Position numbers and translations under genes: made by a program
NCBI GenBank assembly: GCA_963666975.2
Contig: CAXVYR010000002.1
Location: 288,001-352,000, forward strand
DNA length: 64,000 bases
From: Terriglobia bacterium
Lineage (GTDB): Bacteria; Acidobacteriota; Terriglobia; 2-12-FULL-54-10
Reading direction: 5' to 3'
In this document: positions 9,765 to 18,637 of the stretch, piece by piece
Layout: every line of letters begins with the position of its first letter
Position numbering within the stretch: the stretch's first letter is position 1
The notes under the pieces: model-generated
Databases searched by the model: none
What the model was told of the DNA's origin: nothing
What the model saw: only the letters and a program-made list of their open reading frames with translations

Positions 9765-10979
9765 ATGGGGCTGGTCAGCGTAAAGTGCTCGGGTAAGGCA
9801 TTTGAGATTGGAAGAACACACGGACAGTTCCTCAAGGGTGCGGTTCGCTTCAACACCTCGAATTTCTTGGGAGCATGTTCCAACGCGGGCCTGGACAGGC
9901 CCACGCTGATGCGATCGGCGAAACGGCTTGCTCAGGACTATAGTGACCCGATGCTTGAGGAGGTCCGAGGAATCGCAGAGGGAGCTGATGTGGATGGGGA
10001 TGAGCTTTTGGCGTTCAACCTCTGCCACAGTTGGGTCTTTGCGGATGAGTGCACAGTGCTGTTCGCCATGGGTGATGCCACTGCATCCGGCAAGGTTCTT
10101 TTTCTCAAGAACAGTGACAAAATCGGCTCCTCCTCGATGGTGGGTCCGAACTTTTACCAGAACAAAGAAATTAATGTTGTGCTGGTCATCGATCCGAAGG
10201 ATGGCCCCGGCATCATCGGGGTATCCTCTGCAGGATCAGCAGGCCTGAAGATGGGAGTCAGCGACCTGGGCGTTGCGGCCGGAACGAACATTGTCCGCAC
10301 AAGAGAACTCGGCAAGCGCAAAGTGGATACCACACAAATGAGAGCCCTGGACCGTGTCCAGTTGGCACGCGAGGGGCTCCTGAAGTCGAGCGCAATGGAG
10401 GCGGCAAACTATGTTGCCGGACGTGTCTCCGAGAGCCCAACCGCCACACCGGGGAATATTGAATTCGTGGATTCCACAGCCGGAGCCATAGTGGAAGGGT
10501 CTTACGATCGAGTGGCTCTTCACGTCGTCAAATCAGGGATCGCCTCTCGGTCCAACTCATTTGTCGTATTGCGGGAATTGAACGATCCTACCGATGTTTC
10601 CAGTTACTGCCGGTACGTTCGGACCCAGCAACTTCTCTCAGACCGCATCGGCAAGTTAACTCCTGATCTGATGAAGCAGTTCTCTCAAGACCACGCCAAT
10701 GGTCCGGGTCCCAACTCCATTTGCCGCCACGGAAAGCACTATGAAGAGGAAACTTCGCAATCGGCCATGGTTGCGGAGTTGGACCGAGAACATCCGCAGC
10801 GAACTCGCTTTTGGATCGCGATGGGAAAGCCTTGTCATGCCTGGCAACGGCCTGCCGGCAGCTTGGAAGGGAAAATGGATCAACTGGACCGAATTCCAGA
10901 AGGCTTTCTTAACGGCGACACCTGGAAGCGCTTCCGATCCGAAGAACCGAATCTTGAGGTAGAACTCCTCAAGGCATGA
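9765..10979 (+). CDS. C45-family autoproteolytic Ntn-hydrolase/acyltransferase
   Basis: EIGRTHG...EEVRGIAEGA...LLAFN...DE|CT (N-terminal nucleophile Cys), KNSD, and SICRH...TSQS..V near the C-terminus. Confidence 0.8.
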   Translation: MGLVSVKCSGKAFEIGRTHGQFLKGAVRFNTSNFLGACSNAGLDRPTLMRSAKRLAQDYSDPMLEEVRGIAEGADVDGDELLAFNLCHSWVFADECTVLFAMGDATASGKVLFLKNSDKIGSSSMVGPNFYQNKEINVVLVIDPKDGPGIIGVSSAGSAGLKMGVSDLGVAAGTNIVRTRELGKRKVDTTQMRALDRVQLAREGLLKSSAMEAANYVAGRVSESPTATPGNIEFVDSTAGAIVEGSYDRVALHVVKSGIASRSNSFVVLRELNDPTDVSSYCRYVRTQQLLSDRIGKLTPDLMKQFSQDHANGPGPNSICRHGKHYEEETSQSAMVAELDREHPQRTRFWIAMGKPCHAWQRPAGSLEGKMDQLDRIPEGFLNGDTWKRFRSEEPNLEVELLKA

Positions 10980-11041
10980 AGCTATAACGGCAGCGGTTTT
11001 CCTCTACCACCACTCGAGATTGCCAAAGCTTGGGAGGTCCC

Positions 11042-12322
11042 ATGAACCAGAACACCGAAAGGTCTAAGAAGTTTCTTACCATCGGCCTTCTGTGGAATGC
11101 CATGGTGTTCTCCTACATGATTCGGTATGCCCTGGGCATCGTGGCCCCCACTCTCATGACGCAGTACGACTTTTCGCCGAGCACCATGGGGTTCATTCTC
11201 TCCGGATGGAACTGGACGTACGCGGGCGCCCAGTTGTTGGTAGGACCTCTCGTCGACCGTTTTGGCGTATGGATCGTTATGGGCGTGGGGTCGGGGATCT
11301 GGGGACTCTCTACCGTTGCTCTACCGGTCGCCACGACGGCTGTTTCTCTGTTCGTAATGCGGGCGATATTCGGCTTGGGGCAGAGCATGCTCATTCCCGC
11401 AAACGCGGCTGCGATCTCTCGGCGGTTTGATGTCAAAGAGCGTGCGAGGGCTATTGCTGTTTCCTTCTCCGGAACCCCGATGGGTCCGGCCATCGGCGCC
11501 CCCATCGCCGCGTTTATCCTGGCCGGGTGGGGCTGGCAAGCCGTGTTCTACTGTCTGGGGGGGGGCAGTTTGCTGCTGACTCTGGCTTGGCTTTGTTTCT
11601 ATCCGGACAAGCAGGTCGGAAGACAATCGGCGCCGCTGCCGGATCGCACAAAGGATCGCAGCGAGCAACGCATTCCGTGGATTTCACTGTTCCGGTATCG
11701 TTCTACCTGGGGCATGGCTTTCGGCCAGATGGGGTATCTCTACGCGTTTTTCTTCTTCGTGAGCTGGCTTCCGGGATATTTGGTCCTGGAGCGAGGGATG
11801 ACCGTGCTGAGGACCGGAATCGTTGCTTCCCTGCCGTTCTGGGCCGGGATACTGGGCACACTAGGTGGCGGCTGGCTGGGAGACTATCTGATCCGGCGTG
11901 GCTTCAGCGTCACGGCGTCCCGAAAGACCATGATCGGCAGTGGAATGGTAGCGGCGACGGTCCTGGTGATTACGGCGGCGTTCGTTGAACAGACTTGGCT
12001 GGCCGTTACACTTCTCACATTCTCGGTAGGCTGCCTGCGGCTGACGACCGGTTCGGTGAATTCGATTGCGATTGACCTGGCGCCCCGATCAATGGTTGGC
12101 TCGCTTACATCGGTCCAGAATTTCTTTGGGAACACCGGAGGTCTCCTGGCGCCCATCGTCACAGGTTTCATAGTGGAGGCGACCGGGTCGTTTGTGGGAG
12201 CCCTGGTTGCTGCCGGTGGAATGGCATTATTCAGCGGCATCTGCTACGTCTTTGTCCTGGGGAAGGTAGAGACTCTTCAGGGGAGGTTCACGACCTCCAC
12301 TCCGGAGGTCCAATCCGCATAG
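11042..12322 (+). CDS. MFS transporter (anion:cation symporter type)
   Basis: About 12 hydrophobic segments; YMIRYALGI, GPLVDRFG, FFVSWLPGYL, GGWLGD and QNFFGN.GG.LAPIVTG. Confidence 0.9.
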   Translation: MNQNTERSKKFLTIGLLWNAMVFSYMIRYALGIVAPTLMTQYDFSPSTMGFILSGWNWTYAGAQLLVGPLVDRFGVWIVMGVGSGIWGLSTVALPVATTAVSLFVMRAIFGLGQSMLIPANAAAISRRFDVKERARAIAVSFSGTPMGPAIGAPIAAFILAGWGWQAVFYCLGGGSLLLTLAWLCFYPDKQVGRQSAPLPDRTKDRSEQRIPWISLFRYRSTWGMAFGQMGYLYAFFFFVSWLPGYLVLERGMTVLRTGIVASLPFWAGILGTLGGGWLGDYLIRRGFSVTASRKTMIGSGMVAATVLVITAAFVEQTWLAVTLLTFSVGCLRLTTGSVNSIAIDLAPRSMVGSLTSVQNFFGNTGGLLAPIVTGFIVEATGSFVGALVAAGGMALFSGICYVFVLGKVETLQGRFTTSTPEVQSA

Positions 12323-12447
12323 TCTCTGTAGAAAAGCATAGCGAAGAACGGCTTGGAGCCAGCTTCCCTCGGGTGAAGAACTCTCCCAAACTCCGATGTC
12401 TGTCTGGAAATGGATACAGGAAGGGTTAATTAACGAACTGCCAGACC

Positions 12448-13809
12448 CTAGACGTAATCGACCGCTTCTACTCCGGGAACTCGAACCTTGGCGAACTTCT
12501 CATTGTTCCGCAAGGGTTTTGTTGCATCGATCCCCCAGCAGGCCGACGTCCGCGGCTCTGGAACCGACGGATCCAAGGTCGAACACGTCAGCCGCGAAAC
12601 AATAATAATGTCCCGGTCCGGTTGCATTCGAGTACTCAAGGCCCACTCCACTTCCACTGGGCTGCGCACGTTGATGTCGTCGTCCACTACAATGACATGC
12701 TTTATTCCGATCCCGCTGGCTAGTAAGGCGAGGATGATATTACGCGCTTCCGCTTCGTGTCGTTTCCGGAAAGAAACCACGACGTGATGGCGGAAACTGC
12801 CTCCCGGCGTAACATAAACATCACGAACCTCCGGCGCCACCCTTTGTACATCCTGCCGAATCCGAGTCGTGTTGGGAAGTTCAATGAGGACATGATTTTC
12901 GGTGACGGGAAATCCGGTCAAGCACGTATGGTAAATCGGGTCGAGCCGCATGGTGATTGCCGTGACCTCAAGCACCGGGGCCTGCTTCGCTTCACTGTAG
13001 CAGCCCGGGTATTCCGCGAAGGGCCCGTCTCCGACCCGCTCTCCCGGAACCGTGACACCCTCGATGACGATTTCCGCGTCTGCCGGCACCCACAAAGGAA
13101 TCGTCTTGCAAGCCACCAGAGCAATCGGCTCTCCCTTCATGCCCCCCGCAATGTGCATTTCATCGATGCCGTACGGCGCCTTCACCTGCGATGCGATCAC
13201 GATTCGCGGATCCGCGCCGATGATCGTGGCGATTGGAAGGCCGTGCCCCTGTTCCTCGGCCTTCAGGATCATGCGTCCCAGGTGGTGATCGGGAGGAGCC
13301 CAAACCGTCAGGCGCTGCTTGTCCAAGACCAGCATGCGATGGATGCTAACGTTTCCTGACCCATCGTCGGGATCAGCCGCAGTTTGTACACCAATCGTGA
13401 TGTAGGCTCCAGCGTCCAGTTCAGAGTGGACAACGATTGGGAGCTGATGCAAGTCCACGTTGTCACCGGTCTTGACTACTTCTTGAACGGCGCCGCCGGA
13501 AACCCGCTCAGGCGGAATGAGCTTTTGCTCAAGACGTTCATAGTGGTCCAACATCTCTTTTTCAGAGACGCTCAGGGCCAGCGCCAGCAATTTGCGAGTG
13601 GCAAACACGCCCGCTGCTACGCGCCAGCCAGGGTAATTCCGGATGTTCTCGTACAGGAGAGCAGGGCCATCGATGTCAGACACCTTGCGGATACCCGCCG
13701 CTATTTCGAAACGAGTGTCAATTTCCCTTTGAACCCGCACCAACTTGCCATTCTTCTCGAGTAAATTCAGAAAATCACGAAAATCCCGATACATGGTTGT
13801 CTCTATCAT
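12448..13809 (-). CDS. UbiD-family (prFMN-dependent) decarboxylase
   Basis: FRDFL..LE..G.L, GPALLYEN, HRM, AEIVIEG, DGPFAEYPG.Y, VVDDDI and DPS...GIDATKP. Confidence 0.92.
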   Translation of the reverse strand: MIETTMYRDFRDFLNLLEKNGKLVRVQREIDTRFEIAAGIRKVSDIDGPALLYENIRNYPGWRVAAGVFATRKLLALALSVSEKEMLDHYERLEQKLIPPERVSGGAVQEVVKTGDNVDLHQLPIVVHSELDAGAYITIGVQTAADPDDGSGNVSIHRMLVLDKQRLTVWAPPDHHLGRMILKAEEQGHGLPIATIIGADPRIVIASQVKAPYGIDEMHIAGGMKGEPIALVACKTIPLWVPADAEIVIEGVTVPGERVGDGPFAEYPGCYSEAKQAPVLEVTAITMRLDPIYHTCLTGFPVTENHVLIELPNTTRIRQDVQRVAPEVRDVYVTPGGSFRHHVVVSFRKRHEAEARNIILALLASGIGIKHVIVVDDDINVRSPVEVEWALSTRMQPDRDIIIVSRLTCSTLDPSVPEPRTSACWGIDATKPLRNNEKFAKVRVPGVEAVDYV

Positions 13810-14030
13810 AGCTCCTCAGCGAGGTTGCAGGCTAACACCGTTGGTTAAAACCCCTCGTCAGGCAGTCGGCATAACGAGAATTCCCAATGGGGTATTTCCA
13901 AAGCAAAATTGCTCACTGACTTTCATCTGAGCGGGTACGAACCATATCCCTCATCCCGCACAATCAATTAGCGTTGAACGAAGATGGATGAGTATATCCC
14001 GGAATACCGGGCAGTATATAGAATTTAAGC

Positions 14031-14336
14031 ATGAAAATGTCATTCCAGTTCGGACGGATCCGCTACGCCTGGGTGGTTGTGGCTGCCGTGACTGTGGTCT
14101 TGATGTTCGGATCGGGCATCCGGGCATCTTTGGGCGTCTTCATCAAACCGATTGAGGAGGAATTTGGTTGGGATCGGGTCTCGTTGTCAACGGTTGCTGC
14201 GCTTTCCTTGTTTCTACATGGAGCGGTTGGCCCTCTGGTGGGGCGGCTGGCGGATCGGTGGGGACCCGGAGGAGTCTTCCTGGCGGCGATCCTTTTGGGC
14301 CCGGGGACTCTAGCCGTCATCACTAGACCTGCCTGA
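14031..14336 (+). pseudogene. Truncated MFS transporter (N-terminal ~100 aa only)
   Basis: YAWVVVAA...GVFIKPIEEEFGWDR...GRLADRWG, then an abrupt stop. Confidence 0.75.
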
Positions 14337-14406
14337 ACCAATTGCTTTCCCCTCTCCCCTCGTGTAATCTTTTCACATTATTTTCAATTATTGGCGGGAG
14401 TAATCC

Positions 14407-14484
14407 GTGCCCATATCCCCAGGTGCCCGTTTTGGCTCGTACGAGGTCCTCGGCCCGTTAGGTGCGGGTGGCATGGGAGAGGTG
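14407..14484 (+). pseudogene. Ser/Thr protein kinase 5' remnant
   Basis: (M)PISPGARFGSYEVLGPLGAGGMGEV is the stereotyped Hanks-kinase start; homology stops after the Gly-rich loop. Confidence 0.7.
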
Positions 14485-14589
14485 CCGGTCGCATTAACCG
14501 GTCTGCGGGTCCTATTACCGCCCATCGAACGACAACGCCAATTGCTGAAACGTTGCCCAGGCTCATGGGGCCTTCGGAGAGGTGCATCA

Positions 14590-16437
14590 ATGAGAATTGC
14601 TTTGTTTTGCTTCTGGATGTTCTCAACCGCGTGTGTGGTGCTGGCACAGGATGGCGCTGCTCTTTACAACAAGCATTGCGCTTCTTGTCATGATTCCAGT
14701 GGCGCGACGCAAGCGCCGAATCGAAGCGCCCTGAGGCAACTGTCCCCGGAGCGGATCGCCGTGGTTCTGGAGGAAGGAGTCATGAGAGACCAGGGCCTTG
14801 AGCGCACTCCTACCGAGAGGCGCGCTATCGCAGAATTCCTCTCCGATAAGCCCTACGGAAGCGAGCCCGCCGACACAATGGCTGCCGAGGCTGCTTGCCA
14901 GGGAGCTCCCGCGAGCTTCGCAGACCCTCTGGCAGGTCCAAACTGGAACGGTTGGGGCGCAAACCTCTCCAACACTCGCTTTCAGACTCCCGATATGGCA
15001 GGTCTCAGCGCCGGACAGGTGCCCCGGTTAAAGCTGAAATGGGCATTTGGATTCCCCGGAGACATCAGGGCTTACGCGCAGCCCACAATCGCAGGCGGAC
15101 GTGTCTTCGTCGGCAGCGCCGGGCGCCGAGTGTATTCGCTGGATGCCGCAACAGGGTGCGTTTATTGGGTGGTCAAAACGGACTCTCCCGTACGAACAGC
15201 AATTAGTATCGGTCCTTTAGCCCAGCGCGGGACAAGGCAGTATGCAGCTTATTGGGGCGACTCGCAGGCGAACGTGTACGCGGCGGATGTCGCGAATGGC
15301 AAGCTCTTGTGGAAGACGCAAGTGGACGACCATACAGCCGCCCGCATCACGGGTGCCCCGCAGTTGCACGCTGGACGTCTGTACGTTCCAGTCTCTTCCT
15401 TGGAAGAGCTCAGCGCCGGTGCCCCCACCTACGAATGCTGCACATTCCGGGGTAGTGTGGTGGCGCTCGACGCCGAAAGCGGCGAACAGATATGGAAGAC
15501 CTATACCATTGCGCAGACTCCGAGGTCTACCGGAAAAAATAAGGTCGGAGTCCAGCTCTGGGGACCGTCGGGAGCGGCCATCTGGTCCGCACCGACTCTG
15601 GACCTACAGCGCGATGTGATCTATGTGGCGACAGGAGATAACTACTCGGACCCGCCCACAGCCATCAGTGACGCCATTCTGGCCCTGGATATGGATTCCG
15701 GCAAGATACTGTGGTTTCGTCAAATGACGGCGGGCGACGCCTGGAACCTGGCGTGCCGGGAAGACCGCGACGAAGCAAATTGTCCCGAATCCGACGGCCC
15801 GGATTTCGATTTCGGCTCCTCGCCCATTCTAGTGGAATTGTCGGGAGGCCGCCGGGCACTGGTTATCGGGCAGAAATCAGGCATTGTTCATGCCCTGGAT
15901 CCGGATCGGGAAGGTGAGATTCTGTGGCAGAGGCGTGTCGGAAAGGGTGGAACTCTGGGGGGGATCCAGTGGGGTTCAGCCGCTGACGAACAGAAAGTTT
16001 ACGTCGCTCTATCGGACATCGCTTTCCGTTGGAGCGGAAGTACACGAGAGCCAGATCCAAAAGTTGGTGGCGGTCTGTTCGCGCTGCGGCTGGCAACCGG
16101 AGAACAGGAGTGGTACAGCCCACCTCCTGCCTGCCCTGAGAACATCTCTTGCAGCCCCGCCCAATCGGCAGCGGTCACAGCCATCCCGGGCGTGGTCTTC
16201 TCCGGGTCGATCGACGGACATCTTCGAGCCTATTCCATGAAGGATGGAAAGATCCTTTGGGATTTTGACACCCTGCGAAGATATGAAACGGTAAACAGAG
16301 TGGAGGCCCAGGGTGGATCTCTGAACGGTCCTGGCGCTACAGTCGCAGGTGGAATGTTGTTCATCAATTCAGGTTACGGTGGTTTTGGTGGGAAGCCGGG
16401 AAACGTGTTACTGGCTTTCTCAGTGGGTGACGAGTAA
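14590..16437 (+). CDS. Periplasmic PQQ-dependent quinohemoprotein dehydrogenase (polyvinyl-alcohol dehydrogenase-like)
   Basis: Start at ATG 14590 (GGAGAGG RBS, signal peptide); N-terminal CASCH heme c site; LKLKWAFGFP, vicinal ECC, W-repeat beta-propeller, GPDFDFG and GNVLLAFS. Confidence 0.88.
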   Translation: MRIALFCFWMFSTACVVLAQDGAALYNKHCASCHDSSGATQAPNRSALRQLSPERIAVVLEEGVMRDQGLERTPTERRAIAEFLSDKPYGSEPADTMAAEAACQGAPASFADPLAGPNWNGWGANLSNTRFQTPDMAGLSAGQVPRLKLKWAFGFPGDIRAYAQPTIAGGRVFVGSAGRRVYSLDAATGCVYWVVKTDSPVRTAISIGPLAQRGTRQYAAYWGDSQANVYAADVANGKLLWKTQVDDHTAARITGAPQLHAGRLYVPVSSLEELSAGAPTYECCTFRGSVVALDAESGEQIWKTYTIAQTPRSTGKNKVGVQLWGPSGAAIWSAPTLDLQRDVIYVATGDNYSDPPTAISDAILALDMDSGKILWFRQMTAGDAWNLACREDRDEANCPESDGPDFDFGSSPILVELSGGRRALVIGQKSGIVHALDPDREGEILWQRRVGKGGTLGGIQWGSAADEQKVYVALSDIAFRWSGSTREPDPKVGGGLFALRLATGEQEWYSPPPACPENISCSPAQSAAVTAIPGVVFSGSIDGHLRAYSMKDGKILWDFDTLRRYETVNRVEAQGGSLNGPGATVAGGMLFINSGYGGFGGKPGNVLLAFSVGDE

Positions 16438-16439
16438 AG

Positions 16440-16770
16440 GGAAGAAACGGCGACGTACACGCGGGGCTTGAGTCCCTCGATGCGCACGGCGATCTTGAGG
16501 AAGGCGCGGCGGATGGTTTCGAACGTCGCCTTGCGCCACAGCGAGCGGCGCGGCCTGGCGAAGCTGACGCAACAGCCAATCAGCGCCGCTGTGCAGGAAC
16601 AGCCGGAACTGGTTAGCTTCCCAGCGGTGGCACGACGTGCGGTCGGACCGGGGGTAGAGCTTGTGCTCCTTGATCATGTTTTCCATTCTGACGCGGGTGC
16701 AATAGACCTCCTCGTAGAGCGCCTTGGCCTTGCCGCTCAGGTTGGTGACGATAAAACGGATGTCGGTTAA
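16440..16770 (-). pseudogene. IS1380-family transposase C-terminal fragment
   Basis: RFIVTNL..KAKALYEEVYC.R..MENMIKEHK...SDRTSCHRWEANQFRLFLH, frameshifted downstream. Confidence 0.75.
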
Positions 16771-17001
16771 TCCCCGCCGTGTAGGCAGCGCGGAGTAGTC
16801 CTGCACTCCCACAGCTTCTGCGTGTGGCGCACATGACGCTTGTGGGTAAGTTGTGCAACCACCAGGCATGGGGCGGCTCTCAGGAAGGTCCGGTACAACC
16901 ATGCGCGTAGCAGCGCGTATAATCCGCAAGTAGTTGTGGGATCATGGCCGAAATAGAGAATAGTCCTAGTGAGATGAGAATTCCGGGTTCGCTTTAGCTT
17001 G

Positions 17002-17122
17002 TGACCGGCCCCCGGTTTTTTGAGCCAAGTTGAAAGTGAGTTTTGCGGCAGATGAGGGGCCCTGGATTTTTGTACCAGTTTCAGGGTGAGTTTTGGGCTG
17101 TTTCCAGGCCTTTCAGATTGCA
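17002..17122. mobile_element. IS3-family end remnants (left end joined to an inverted right-end segment)
   Basis: TGACCGGCCCCCGGTTTTTTGA...GAAAGTGAGTTTTGCGGCAGA matches about 1617-1667. The following TGAGGGGCCC..GATTTTTGTACCAGTTTCAGGGTGAGTTTTGGGCTGTTTCCAGGCCTTTCAGATTGCAG is the reverse complement of about 1964-2033. Confidence 0.8.
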
Positions 17123-17159
17123 GCTAGACCAATTTCACCGTTAGTGTATAGCATATCCA

Positions 17160-18283
17160 CAGTGGCTGAGTTGTCTTTGCGTTTCGACGCGCTCTACGCT
17201 CGGCGGGGACGGCCGTCGAAGCCTCCGGAGCAGTTGATCCGGGCGCTGCTGTTGCAAGTGCTGTATGCGATCCGCAGCGAGCGGCAACTGATGGAGCGGA
17301 TCAAGTATGATCTGCTGTTCCGCTGGTTCGTGGGCTTAGGAATCGATGAGCAGGAATGGGACGCCACGGTATTCACCAAGAATCGGGACCGGTTGCTGGG
17401 CGGCGCGGTCTCGCAACGGTTGCTGGAAGCGGTGCTGGAGCAGGCCCGGAGCCAGGACTTGTTGAGCGAGGAGCATTTCACGGTGGACGGGACGATCCTG
17501 GAAGCCTGGGCCAGCCGGAACAGCTTTGTGCCCAAAGACCCAGCCACGGTGGTGGGGACGGGAGCGCGGGGGAGGAAGTGTTTGCGGGACACGCATGAGT
17601 CGAAGACCGACCCGCAAGCACGCTTATATAAGAAGAGCATGGCGGGCGAAGCCAGACCGAGCTACCTGGGGCATGTGCTGATCGAGAATCGCAAGGGGCT
17701 GGTGGTAGCCGCCTGTGCCACGCAGTCCAGCACGACGGCGGAGCGGGAGGCGGCCCTGGCGATGCTGGACGAGATGGGTCTGCGGCCAGAGAAGATTCCG
17801 CGAACCGGCCGGCGCATCACGCTGGGGGCGGACAAGTTGTATCAGGAGCGGAAGTTTATCGAAGGGCTGCGGCGACGCCAGGTGGTCCCGCATGTGGCCG
17901 AGTACGAGCCCTCGGCGTACTGGCCGAATTTTCTGACCGAGGCGGAACGGAACGCTCCGGGGTTTGCACTCAGCCAGAAGAAACGCAAATTGGTGGAGAG
18001 AGTGTTCGGTTGGGGCAAGCTGGACAGCGTCATGCGCAAAATCAAGTTGCACGGACTGGCTCGGGTGGACTGGTTCTTTCGTTTCCTAGCCACCGCCCAC
18101 GATCTGGTGCGGATGGTGAAGTTGGTTCCGGCGCAGTAAGCGCAGGGAGTAGTGTCTCTGCACGGAGGAAATAGGCCCGTGCCGAGGTGGAAATCCTATG
18201 CAGAACTGCGGCAAAACCCGAAGAAAGTGACCACTGAAAAAATCCACAGCCAACGCGAGCGATTTTTTCAGCAGCCTGTTTAG
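17160..18283 (+). mobile_element. IS5-family element, 5'-truncated (transposase ORF ends at 18139)
   Basis: YARRGRPS.PPEQL.RALLLQ..Y.IRSERQL, FTVDGT, TDPQARL, LGADK.Y and RKLVERVFGW; right-end-like TTTTTCAGCAGCCTGTTTAG at about 18264-18283; the N-terminus is missing. Confidence 0.85.
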
Positions 18284-18358
18284 CCGCTGAGGTTCATATG
18301 TTTCTATCGGGTCCCGTCAGGGGTTAAAACCCCTGACGGCTGGCCTCGTTGCGGCACG

Positions 18359-18411
18359 ACTGAAGTCGTGCCCTGACGAACCCCTATACATCAATCCGTA
18401 AAATGCTGTAG
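18359..18411. repeat. REP-associated repeat ending AAATGCTGTAG (copy 1)
   Basis: 53 bp matching 54815-54867 with one mismatch; preceded by the palindromes TCAGGGGTTAAAACCCCTGA and GGCACGACTGAAGTCGTGCC. Confidence 0.8.
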
Positions 18412-18637
18412 ATTTTTAATGGTTGTGGCCTGCTCGTTGCCGCTCCGCCCGACAAACCATGCATAAGCGAAAAGGAATCGCTACGGGCTCCATTCAGAGC
18501 GAATGCAGGCCCCACCAAACATTAATTTATAGCTTCCTTGGTGAACTAGGCCGAAGCCTGCCCGGTGTATCAGTCTAAATTGAGATGGCAGGCTGGGAGA
18601 AAACAAAGCCTCTTCCCTTTGCCAACGAGAAGCCCTC

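Noticed and set aside
13811-13819. GCTCCTCAG match to the tRNA-Asn 3' end as a possible att site
   Set aside because: Only 9 bp, and it coincides with the ubiD ribosome-binding site.
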